From: Desulfatiglandales bacterium
GTDB taxonomy: Bacteria > Desulfobacterota > DSM-4660 > Desulfatiglandales > HGW-15
Direction: 5' to 3'
Assembly (NCBI GenBank): GCA_963667015.2
Contig: CAXXJJ010000001.1
Span: 2,016,001 to 2,080,000 of the forward strand
DNA: 64,000 nucleotides
The position numbers and the translations under genes were made by a program. This document shows positions 28,995 to 37,907 of the stretch, piece after piece. The notes beneath the pieces are model-generated. The model worked only from the letters and a program-made list of their open reading frames with translations, did no database searches and had not been told where the DNA came from. The first letter of the stretch is position 1; each line of letters begins with the position of its first letter.

Positions 28995-30203
28995 ATGAAT
29001 ACAGCTGAAATAAATAAATCCTATTATCGATGGTATATCCTTTTCCTTGGAATGATGTCCTATTTTTTTATTGCGGGTATTTCAAGGATGTGTATGCCCG
29101 TCCTGTTTAAAGAAATTTCAGAGGATATCGGACTTAGTATGCTTCAGATCGGCGCTGTATGGGGTATGGACCCTCTTGCCGGAGTATTTATTGCCCTGCC
29201 CGGCGGATTAATTGTCGATCGTTTCGGTGTAAAGCGCACAATGTTTTTTATGGGCATATTTGCCGGTTTATTTGGAGCTATCAGGGGGTTATCCGTAAAT
29301 TTTATCAGCATGGCTGCCACCATGTATTTATTCGGTTTAACGGCTGCAACAATGCCCAGCATTATCCCCAAGGTAACGGCAGAATGGTTCAGGGGAAAGG
29401 AACTGGGGCTGTCCAATGCACTGCTTAATATTGTATGGGCACTGGGGTCGATGACTGCAACATTATTAAGTGCAACCTATTTTTCTCCTCTCCTTGGCGG
29501 ATGGAGGAGAGTCATGTTTCTGTATGGAGTACCATGTGTTATTCTGGGCCTGATCTGGATTGTAACGGGAAAGGACAAACCGGCTGAAGCAGGTTCAGGT
29601 AATATCTCCGGCAATACACAATCTTTGTTCAATTCGCTGAAACATGTAATAAAGATAAGAGAAGTATGGATATTAGGTCTTATTACTCTCACATACTGGG
29701 GTTCAAGTATGGGGTTTGTTGGATATCTTCCGACTTATCTAAAAGTCATCGGCTGGACAACTTTTCAGGCGGACAGCACCGTTACAGTATTGGCCGGTGT
29801 TGCATTGCTTGGCACCCTTCCCGTAGTCTTACTTTCTGACAGGCTGGGATCAAGAAAAGGTGTATTGTTTATATCATTTATGATTATGGTCTTAACTGTT
29901 TTTGCCCTGCCATTTTTTAAAGGTCCATTCGTATGGGTACTGGTAATATTAACCGGTTTTACTCGTACAGGTGCGGCAGCCCTGTTTAATGTAATGGTTA
30001 TTGAGATAAAGGAAGTCGGGAGTGAATACAGCGGGACTGCAATAGGTCTTGTAAGCGCCATAGGTATGTTTGGAGCCTTTCTTGCCCCTCCGCTCGGAAA
30101 CAGCCTTGAAGTATATAATAACGGCTATCCCTTTATCTTTTGGGCGTGTCTTGCAGCAGCGGGATTACCTTTGTTTGCGTTTCTGAAGAAGGGTGATGAT
30201 TAA
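28995..30203 (+). CDS. MFS transporter (12 TM)
   Basis: GLIVDRFGVK and LSDRLGSRK motif-A loops. Confidence 0.9.
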   Translation: MNTAEINKSYYRWYILFLGMMSYFFIAGISRMCMPVLFKEISEDIGLSMLQIGAVWGMDPLAGVFIALPGGLIVDRFGVKRTMFFMGIFAGLFGAIRGLSVNFISMAATMYLFGLTAATMPSIIPKVTAEWFRGKELGLSNALLNIVWALGSMTATLLSATYFSPLLGGWRRVMFLYGVPCVILGLIWIVTGKDKPAEAGSGNISGNTQSLFNSLKHVIKIREVWILGLITLTYWGSSMGFVGYLPTYLKVIGWTTFQADSTVTVLAGVALLGTLPVVLLSDRLGSRKGVLFISFMIMVLTVFALPFFKGPFVWVLVILTGFTRTGAAALFNVMVIEIKEVGSEYSGTAIGLVSAIGMFGAFLAPPLGNSLEVYNNGYPFIFWACLAAAGLPLFAFLKKGDD

Positions 30204-30235
30204 AAAAAGGGGCGAAGATTATTCACCCCTTTTTT
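30203..30235. terminator. Bidirectional terminator
   Basis: AAAAAAGGGGCGAA...TTCACCCCTTTTTT between convergent genes. Confidence 0.8.
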
Positions 30236-30272
30236 GACCCTGGGCCATAAACCTCAAACCGTAGACCGTTTG

Positions 30273-31607
30273 TTAATATGTCCCGTATTCCTTGGCTGCC
30301 TCGAACATTGCCCTGATGTTGTCAAACTTCGCCTCATCAGCCGTTGCGCCCGGTGCCAGTATATAACCTCCGCCCTTTCCAACATTTTCGATGAGTTTCT
30401 TTGAGTGGGCTTTGACATCTTCAGCCTTACCTGTAACAATCATTGATGTGGGGACATTTCCCATAATACATTGAGAGTTCCCGAGGATTTCCTTTGCTTT
30501 AAAGATATCCGTCTGATCAAAATACCATATCACACCTTTATCAGGCAGGTCCTGAACTAACTCAAGGCGTGAGTTGTATCCTCCTTCGGCAAAAAGAAGT
30601 GGAACAAGTCCCTCGTTGATATATCCCTCAACAACACGTTTAAGGAAAGGCCAGTAGAATGTTTTAAATTGCGTTTCCGACATGAAGCCGTCAGCACCGC
30701 GATGGAGAGGCATGAATATTACAGGTGTTCCTGCCTTGTTGGGCATGGCCGAAACCATTTTTATACTTGTTTCCACCTGCCTGTCCATGTAGGCGAGCAG
30801 GCGTTCCGGTCTCTGGAACATATCCATTATTGTACCCTTGGTACCTCTCAAACCTGCACCCAGAGCGTCAAGCGGGGCTCCGCCTCCGATATCGAACCTG
30901 AAGAAATTGGGAAATCCCATTGATAGCCCGCGATCTACAATAGCCATTATTGCCTTTCGCCATTCTGTTGCTATCTCCTGGGATTTGGCAAAGGCCTGGA
31001 AACCTGCCTGGACATCCGGGGCAGCGAATGCCGAAACCAGGGAGGCACCGCCGTATCCACCAAGCAGGGAGAGAGGCGGGAGACTGGCAAAGGGTTCTGC
31101 TGCTTCATGAGTGCGGGGCAGCAGCATCCTGAGATTAAAATCGGACGGATCATTCTCTAAATGATCCCATTCCTCTGCCTTCATTATTTCAATCTCTACG
31201 TGCTGGGGCGCCACATTATCAGGAAGCCCGTGTCCGGCCCATTTGCTGGTTTTAACACCTATTATTTCCATGGCCTTGCCGCTTCGGATCAGATTTGCAT
31301 CCGGCAGGACATCCAGATCAAAGTCATCCATATACCTGAACCAGGCCTTTAAAAGTTTTTCAGAATCATACATTACTTCTTTTATGGAAAACCCCGAGTA
31401 AAAGGCCGGTGCATAGCCGGGATGGCATATCACTGGAACCCTGTCCGGTTCTTCAAGTTTGATTGCTGAAATTATTCTGCTGACCCTTTTTTTGTAATTC
31501 TCTTCTGCCTCCGGGCTTTCAAACTTAATATCCCCGGGGTTAAGCCAGCTTCTAAATCTTTCCTCTCGTTTTTCTTCAGGCGAAAGTTCTGCCCATTCCT
31601 TTTCCAT
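30273..31607 (-). CDS. Uroporphyrinogen decarboxylase-family protein (MtaA/CmuA-like)
   Basis: EPDRVPV, FYWPFLK, CIMGNVP, GGGYILAPG...DNIRAM. Confidence 0.85.
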   Translation of the reverse strand: MEKEWAELSPEEKREERFRSWLNPGDIKFESPEAEENYKKRVSRIISAIKLEEPDRVPVICHPGYAPAFYSGFSIKEVMYDSEKLLKAWFRYMDDFDLDVLPDANLIRSGKAMEIIGVKTSKWAGHGLPDNVAPQHVEIEIMKAEEWDHLENDPSDFNLRMLLPRTHEAAEPFASLPPLSLLGGYGGASLVSAFAAPDVQAGFQAFAKSQEIATEWRKAIMAIVDRGLSMGFPNFFRFDIGGGAPLDALGAGLRGTKGTIMDMFQRPERLLAYMDRQVETSIKMVSAMPNKAGTPVIFMPLHRGADGFMSETQFKTFYWPFLKRVVEGYINEGLVPLLFAEGGYNSRLELVQDLPDKGVIWYFDQTDIFKAKEILGNSQCIMGNVPTSMIVTGKAEDVKAHSKKLIENVGKGGGYILAPGATADEAKFDNIRAMFEAAKEYGTY

Positions 31608-31742
31608 TGTATTCTCGCACTCCTTTTTTATGATTTAACGATCCAGTGACAGTAATGGATTAGCTTGTTTTATCCTCAGAACAAATTATTTTGATAATTT
31701 ATTATTCCAATTTGTTTGTCAACAATGAACAAAAATATCTTT

Positions 31743-33104
31743 TTACCCCTGCCTGATTTCCTTAACAAGTTTTTTAAGTTCCGGTACCCTTTGAATTTTA
31801 TCTTCGTCCCAGCACGATAATAGACAGTTGTTATGAAATATCGGGTCATTTTTAAGGTCATACCTTGAACAGGCAAGAGATGATTCCCAGAGGGGTGTTC
31901 CGGGAAGAGGGGAGTATTCGGCCAGATATGGCATTGCACCTGCCGTATCGGCAAATTTAACGGTTTCAGTTACTGATTCAACGGACTGGCCCGGAAGACC
32001 CATCAGGATATAGGCGCCGATATCCTTTTTTGTGTACCCGGCGCTGGTCAGATTTTTTACAGCTGCTTCAAAATCTCCCATGGACACCTTTTTATCCAGA
32101 TCCCTGTGCATATCCATGTCCGACGTTTCAAGCCCCAGCCTGATTGTCCTGAATCCCGAAGAATAGAGCAGGCGGGCAATTGCCGGTGATATTTCTCTTA
32201 CATGAAGCGCGTTGGGTGTATGGAACCGGATGTTTATGCCTTTTGATTTCAGTTTTTCAAGGATAGGAACTATATGTTTTTCAGAGTTGATAAGCAGGGC
32301 GTCATCATAAAAGGCAAAATCTTCCACTTTATAATTATTGTGCCAGTGCTCTATTTCATCGATAACCGCTTCTGGATCTCGTCTTTTAAATACCGGATAT
32401 AAAAAACTGCTTGCACAGTATTTGCACCTGTAGGGGCATCCGGTTGATGTGAGCAAGCTCACATAATCTATCCTGGGGTATGTATCGAATGCAGGGTAAA
32501 ATCCATTATCGTTATCTGATGATAAGGCATGCTCTGATTTTACAGGGATATTAAAATCCGCCAGGATATCGGATAAAGCTGAAATATTATCCAGGGTTAT
32601 TTCATCTGCCACATAATACGCCCCTGAAAAATTTACTGCATGATCCCTGCATAGCCTGGCGTATATCCCTCCAAGGATAACAGGTACACCAGGGTGTATT
32701 TTTTTTGCAATCGCTATTGCGTCAACTACTCCGGGATACCAGTAGGTCATAAGTGATGTTACAAGTATTGCAGAAGGTCTTTTTATCTTTTTTAACTGAG
32801 ACGTAAAAACATCAGGATGAATGCCGTATCTGCTGTATGTCCTCGGGAAGTGCCTGACAGAATGAGGTTTTTCAATTTCTTCCCTGAAATATTTCCCTGT
32901 TCCATATCTTCGTGAAGCCGGCTTTTTTGTGGAAAGGCTGTTCAGCATTTCCGTATTATTTTTATCCATGCAATCGATTACATGCACGGATAAACCACTG
33001 CTGCGGAGATAGCCTGCAATGTACAGGAGTCCGAGGGGTTTTGACCATAGATCATAGGCCGCAAAATCATATATCCATGGATTAATAAGTATGACTGAGT
33101 CCAT
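31743..33104 (-). CDS. B12-binding radical SAM protein
   Basis: LINPWIYDFAAYD...PLGLLYIA B12-binding domain; GCPYRCKYC; FYDDALL; RLGLET. Confidence 0.9.
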   Translation of the reverse strand: MDSVILINPWIYDFAAYDLWSKPLGLLYIAGYLRSSGLSVHVIDCMDKNNTEMLNSLSTKKPASRRYGTGKYFREEIEKPHSVRHFPRTYSRYGIHPDVFTSQLKKIKRPSAILVTSLMTYWYPGVVDAIAIAKKIHPGVPVILGGIYARLCRDHAVNFSGAYYVADEITLDNISALSDILADFNIPVKSEHALSSDNDNGFYPAFDTYPRIDYVSLLTSTGCPYRCKYCASSFLYPVFKRRDPEAVIDEIEHWHNNYKVEDFAFYDDALLINSEKHIVPILEKLKSKGINIRFHTPNALHVREISPAIARLLYSSGFRTIRLGLETSDMDMHRDLDKKVSMGDFEAAVKNLTSAGYTKKDIGAYILMGLPGQSVESVTETVKFADTAGAMPYLAEYSPLPGTPLWESSLACSRYDLKNDPIFHNNCLLSCWDEDKIQRVPELKKLVKEIRQG

Positions 33105-33181
33105 CAATAAAACCTTTTTCTTGAAAATAATCATGCAAGATATTAGGTTTACCTCAAATAATCAAGGAGTCAGTAATAATT

Positions 33182-33631
33182 ATGAGAGCTGTTGTGCAAA
33201 GGGTAAAAGAGGCAAGGGTATCCATCGAGGGGGAGGTTGTTGGTGAAATCTCAAAGGGCCTGTTGATTTTTTTAGGTGTCGGCGAAAATGATACTGAAAA
33301 AGAATGCGAATACATGGCCGGCAAAATTATCAACCTGAGGATATTCCCTGATGAAAATGACCTTATGAATCTCTCATTGCTGGACATAAAGGGTGCGGCA
33401 CTGGTGGTGTCTCAGTTTACCCTGTGGGGTGACTGCCGGAAGGGAAGAAGACCTTCCTTTATTGATGCCGCAAGACCTGAAAAGGCAAATAAGCTGTATG
33501 AGCATTTTATTTCACTGGTAAAAGATCGGGGTGTTGCCGTGGCAACAGGCCGATTCCAGGAGATGATGGATGTTCACCTGGTCAATGATGGACCGGTTAC
33601 AATACTGATTGACAGCTCCAGGAATTCTTAA
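33182..33631 (+). CDS. dtd: D-aminoacyl-tRNA deacylase
   Basis: [26 protein letters not shown]. Confidence 0.96.
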   Translation: MRAVVQRVKEARVSIEGEVVGEISKGLLIFLGVGENDTEKECEYMAGKIINLRIFPDENDLMNLSLLDIKGAALVVSQFTLWGDCRKGRRPSFIDAARPEKANKLYEHFISLVKDRGVAVATGRFQEMMDVHLVNDGPVTILIDSSRNS

Positions 33632-33635
33632 GTTA

Positions 33636-36053
33636 CTATTTCTCAGTCATCCTGAAAACTCCGTCCCATTTTTCACCGGGCGAAACAGGCGGATTTACTA
33701 GGTACTCCTCGCATCTTTTTATATAGATCCCTGAAGGAGTAGTTTTATATTCAGGAAATCTCTCAAATTTAAGGGCTTCCCTGAAGCATTCCAGTGCCGC
33801 CTCCCAGCGCATTCTCCGGTAATACTGCATACCCTGATCGAACAGGTTAAAGAGCTCTTTTTCATGCTCTGTAAGTCCGCCTTTCATTGCGCACAGTTCA
33901 TATATTTTTACCGGTTCGGATTTTCCGACCACCGCAACATTATCTATAAAACGGGCTTCCACGTGATTGAAGGCCCTGTCTTTTTCTCCCTGTTCATTAA
34001 TATATTCCATATTAAGGGTATATTCACTTACAGCAGTGTATATGCCGTACTGCTTAGCCCCTGCTTCAAGCCGGGCAGCCAGATTTACAGCATCACCCAT
34101 CATTGTATAGTTCATGCGCATTCTGCTTCCCATGTTGCCAACTACGATTTCTCCGCTGTTTATACCTATGCGCATCATCATGTTATGTACGACCTTTGGC
34201 CACTTATCTCCTGGTACCCATTCCTTTGGTGAAACATTTTTGATGTTTCTGCCCGGCTGCTGCTTTTCTGCCTGCCATTTTTTTCTCAGGTCAAGCAGTT
34301 CCCCCTGCATGTCAATTGCAACCCTGCAGGCGCGTAGCGGGTGATCGGGGATATTCATGGGCGCTCCCATAAAGGCAATGATCGCATCACCTTCATATTT
34401 ATCAAGGGTTCCCTTCTGTTCCAGCAGGATGTCTGTCATGGCAGAAAGGTATTCATTCAAGAGTTCGACAAGTTGAGGGGCGGTCAGCATTTCGGAAAGG
34501 ATCGAAAAATCCTTAATATCGCTAAAGTATGCGGTTATGACCCTTGCTTCACCGCCCAGCTCGGGCATGGTCTCGCTTGAGACCATGTCGTTGATAAGTT
34601 CCGGTGAAAGATAACTTGAAAAGGTTGACTGGAGAAACCGCTTGTTTTTTTCTTCGATAAGAAAATGATATGCTGTCAAAGATGAATATAAAAGAACTGC
34701 TCCCATGATGGGATATACCATGTTGACCCATAATCCATATTCTGAAAATAACCACAGGCAGGCGAATATATAAAGTATAATTATCGATGCGGTAGCGACC
34801 AAACTTGTTACAACTCCTGATCTTGGCAGAATGAACGCTACAATTAATCCCAGAATTATAACTGCCAGATAATCACTTGGCGGTATAGTTACCTTGTTTT
34901 TTTTAATAAAATCCTGATTAATTATGTTTTCGATCACCGAGGCATGCACCTCAAGCCCTGGCTGGCCAGAGTCAAACGGTGTGTTCCTTAAATCATGAAC
35001 TCCCTGTGCAGTGGAACCTACAATGACAATTTTATCTTTAAAGGTGCCTTTAGGTAGCTTTCCCTGGAGAATATCTGTGACCGAATGTTGCGGAATTGAC
35101 CCTGCCTTTCCGTAATAATTTATAAGCAGACCTCCCTTTTCATCGGTTGGTATAAATATTTTTCCAATATCTACTCCCCAGATCCCATAATCTTTTTCAA
35201 TATGCAGTATAAGGGACGGACAGTCCAGATATTGCCATGCGCATTGAAGAGAAAATGCTGTAAATGCAAAATCTTCATCCTTATGCCTGGCAGCCAGCGG
35301 CATCCTGCGGATAATACCATCTTCATCCTGAGGGAGGTCTATATATCCTGAACCGGCAGCATGTTCGGTGAGAATATCAAGGTTTACCTCGGGTACATAG
35401 GGATTATAAATATAGGCATCCGCAAAGGCATCATAATTGTCTCCAGGACGAACATCGGAATCTATCATGGAATACATTGAATTTTCTATACTTTTCAGCC
35501 TCTTCTTAAGCTCCTCCGGACTTATCCTGTATCCCAGTTCGGCCTCACTGTCATGCCAGAAGTATGGCATTACCACCTTTGCCTTTGAATTTTTTATGGC
35601 ATTTGCAAATATCGTGTCATTGTCTGCCAGCTGTTTTTTTTCTTCCAGGTATTCGTCAATTCTTTTATCTCTTACATTCAGCTCCCCGAGTTTTTTCCCT
35701 ACCTGATCTATAATTTCGAGGTTGATATTTTTATCCGGCTCGGTAAAGAAGACATCCATTCCTATTACCTTTGCACCGTCATCCGAAAGCCTGCTGACAA
35801 GTTCAGCCATCTTTCTCCGGGGCCAGGGCCACATGCCTTCTCTGTCAAGGCTTTTTTCGTCTATTACTGCAGCAATAACTTTTCCTGAAGTTTCTCTTTT
35901 ACCCCGCCACTTGAGCCGCTGATCATAGGTTTTAAGTTCAAAGAGGTTAAAAATCTCAATCCCATAAAAGAGCATGGAAAGAATAAGCAGTATTACAAAC
36001 GTGGAAATAGAGACCGGATTAAAGGAAAGGAAGGACCTGAAAATTTTTTTCAT
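33636..36053 (-). CDS. CHASE2-domain adenylate/guanylate cyclase
   Basis: IDEKSL..G.WPWPR and PGLEVHA (CHASE2); 3 TM; FSDIKDFS, DKYEGDAI, GDAVNLAARLE. Confidence 0.93.
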   Translation of the reverse strand: MKKIFRSFLSFNPVSISTFVILLILSMLFYGIEIFNLFELKTYDQRLKWRGKRETSGKVIAAVIDEKSLDREGMWPWPRRKMAELVSRLSDDGAKVIGMDVFFTEPDKNINLEIIDQVGKKLGELNVRDKRIDEYLEEKKQLADNDTIFANAIKNSKAKVVMPYFWHDSEAELGYRISPEELKKRLKSIENSMYSMIDSDVRPGDNYDAFADAYIYNPYVPEVNLDILTEHAAGSGYIDLPQDEDGIIRRMPLAARHKDEDFAFTAFSLQCAWQYLDCPSLILHIEKDYGIWGVDIGKIFIPTDEKGGLLINYYGKAGSIPQHSVTDILQGKLPKGTFKDKIVIVGSTAQGVHDLRNTPFDSGQPGLEVHASVIENIINQDFIKKNKVTIPPSDYLAVIILGLIVAFILPRSGVVTSLVATASIIILYIFACLWLFSEYGLWVNMVYPIMGAVLLYSSLTAYHFLIEEKNKRFLQSTFSSYLSPELINDMVSSETMPELGGEARVITAYFSDIKDFSILSEMLTAPQLVELLNEYLSAMTDILLEQKGTLDKYEGDAIIAFMGAPMNIPDHPLRACRVAIDMQGELLDLRKKWQAEKQQPGRNIKNVSPKEWVPGDKWPKVVHNMMMRIGINSGEIVVGNMGSRMRMNYTMMGDAVNLAARLEAGAKQYGIYTAVSEYTLNMEYINEQGEKDRAFNHVEARFIDNVAVVGKSEPVKIYELCAMKGGLTEHEKELFNLFDQGMQYYRRMRWEAALECFREALKFERFPEYKTTPSGIYIKRCEEYLVNPPVSPGEKWDGVFRMTEK

Positions 36054-36164
36054 AATTATCTCTTTATAAGTTTTGATAAAATATTATAGCTAGAGGCGAA
36101 ATAAATCAAGCAGGTGTTTATGGATGATTTATTACGGATAGTGAACAGGGTAGATCCTTCAACC

Positions 36165-36376
36165 TGTAACAATTATACAAAAAATAACATTTTTACGATG
36201 AGTGGTTGTTTAAATTGAGTATGTAATTTGTTGCCAGTAATATGTAACATATTACATATGAAATTGGTAATTAAATACATAGTATTGGCCGGGAATATTA
36301 TTGGGTGTATTAACTATTTGAAATTATTAAATATAAAAATGCGGTAATAAGATAAATTATTGGTATGTAATTTGCT
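36165..36376 (+). promoter_or_regulatory. Sigma54 promoter with PEP-CTERM-box-like (PrsR-type) enhancer sites
   Basis: TGGTATGTAATTTGCT at 36361-36376 (GG-N10-GC); TGTAA-N4-TTACA at 36243-36256; TGTAAC-N5-TACA at 36165-36179; IHF-like TAACTATTTGAAAT at about 36311. Confidence 0.7.
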
Positions 36377-36586
36377 AATATTAGTTAAAACACAAGTGGA
36401 AAAGCTGAATTCTTAGCGGATCCTGATAAAATTCCTTGCTGTATCTGTTTTCGATTTACCGATTTTTTACCAGAATATAAATAGTTTTAAATAAAGATTT
36501 TATACAGAAATTCTTTTTTGGGGATAGATGTTATTATTAAGTATTTTTTTATTAACAACCTTTTATAAGCGAAAAGGGGGAAACGT

Positions 36587-37288
36587 ATGAAAAAAATTAA
36601 AATTCTTTTTTTGAGCATGTTATTTTTAGTGCTCAGCGTGTCAATGGCTTCGGCAGATCCTTATCTTTTTGACTATGCTTTTAATGCTGATGGCGACTTT
36701 TACGGGTATGGCGATCCTCTTTCAGGTGATTTCGATGATAGTGCTTTCAATTGGGATACTGGTATCGGGACACTGACATGGACAACAGATACGGTTGGTG
36801 ACCATTATTTTTTAGCATTTTTTGATCATGAATTTACATGGGATGTGAACACATTTTATAATGAGGAAGGGTTTGCATTTAATTCACCCGAAGCAGGCCA
36901 GTCCTGGGAAATTGATGAGCCAGGATATTATAATGGCGATATTTATGAAAATTTCCAGGTTAATATGTTGGACAATGGAATTGGTACGAGCGTGTATGGT
37001 GATACTATTTTTCCAGACGATGTCTCTATGGCAATGGGATGGGATTTTTCATTAGCTGCAGATCAAACTGCTACCATATATTTGATGCTTGGTTTGCAGG
37101 ATCCAGGTGCTGGTTTTTATCTGCTGCAATATGATTCTTTCAGTGAAGAATCTCTATATTTCTCAAGTTCTCTTGATATCAGAGGTGGCGGTGAACCACC
37201 ACCGGTTCCGGAACCAGCTACCATGCTGCTTCTTGGAAGCGGCCTCGCCGGTTTATTCGGTTTCAGGAAGAGATTCGGGAAAAAATAG
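36587..37288 (+). CDS. PEP-CTERM sorting-domain protein
   Basis: Sec signal; acidic, lysine-free mature domain; VPEPATMLLLGSGLAGLFGFRKRFGKK tail. Confidence 0.95.
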   Translation: MKKIKILFLSMLFLVLSVSMASADPYLFDYAFNADGDFYGYGDPLSGDFDDSAFNWDTGIGTLTWTTDTVGDHYFLAFFDHEFTWDVNTFYNEEGFAFNSPEAGQSWEIDEPGYYNGDIYENFQVNMLDNGIGTSVYGDTIFPDDVSMAMGWDFSLAADQTATIYLMLGLQDPGAGFYLLQYDSFSEESLYFSSSLDIRGGGEPPPVPEPATMLLLGSGLAGLFGFRKRFGKK

Positions 37289-37907
37289 TCTCAAATGATA
37301 AGAAGGGTCGCCCCAGCTTTAACAGGTCTGACTGATCCTTCAATTTATAATTTCAGGGGGAGGTTTCCATATTCACCATAAAGATATATCTCTGGAATTC
37401 TTCCCGGAAAGAAGAAAATCATATGTTAATCCACTGTAATGTCTATTAAATAATGATGTAATTATTTAATGGGCATTACAGTATTTGTCGTTGAATATTT
37501 ATCAACCCATTATCCAAATTATTAAGCTTCAATATTAACTTTTAAGTTTCTCTATTCTTTTTAACTAGCTGTCTTAGTTGTTTTATTAAAGTCTAAACCT
37601 GTTTTAAGCTCTAACTGTTGGGTATTTCTGAACCCGGTATTTCTGTAAAAGTAAATTAAAAAAATCAAATTATTAAATTGTCTTACTAAAAGGGGGTGGT
37701 TGATGAAATAATTGGGGATATTGCTCGGAAGATTAAAATATATCTTGGGGAAGAGATATGAATTATTGAAGTACTTTTTAAAATTTACAGATGTTTATTT
37801 ACAGAATTGAACTTAAAAATCTTATTTTAAATGACAGATTATCCATACGCAGGGGAAACGTATTCTGAATTGCCTGCTTCGGATGATTTCGAAGAAAGGG
37901 GATAGGA

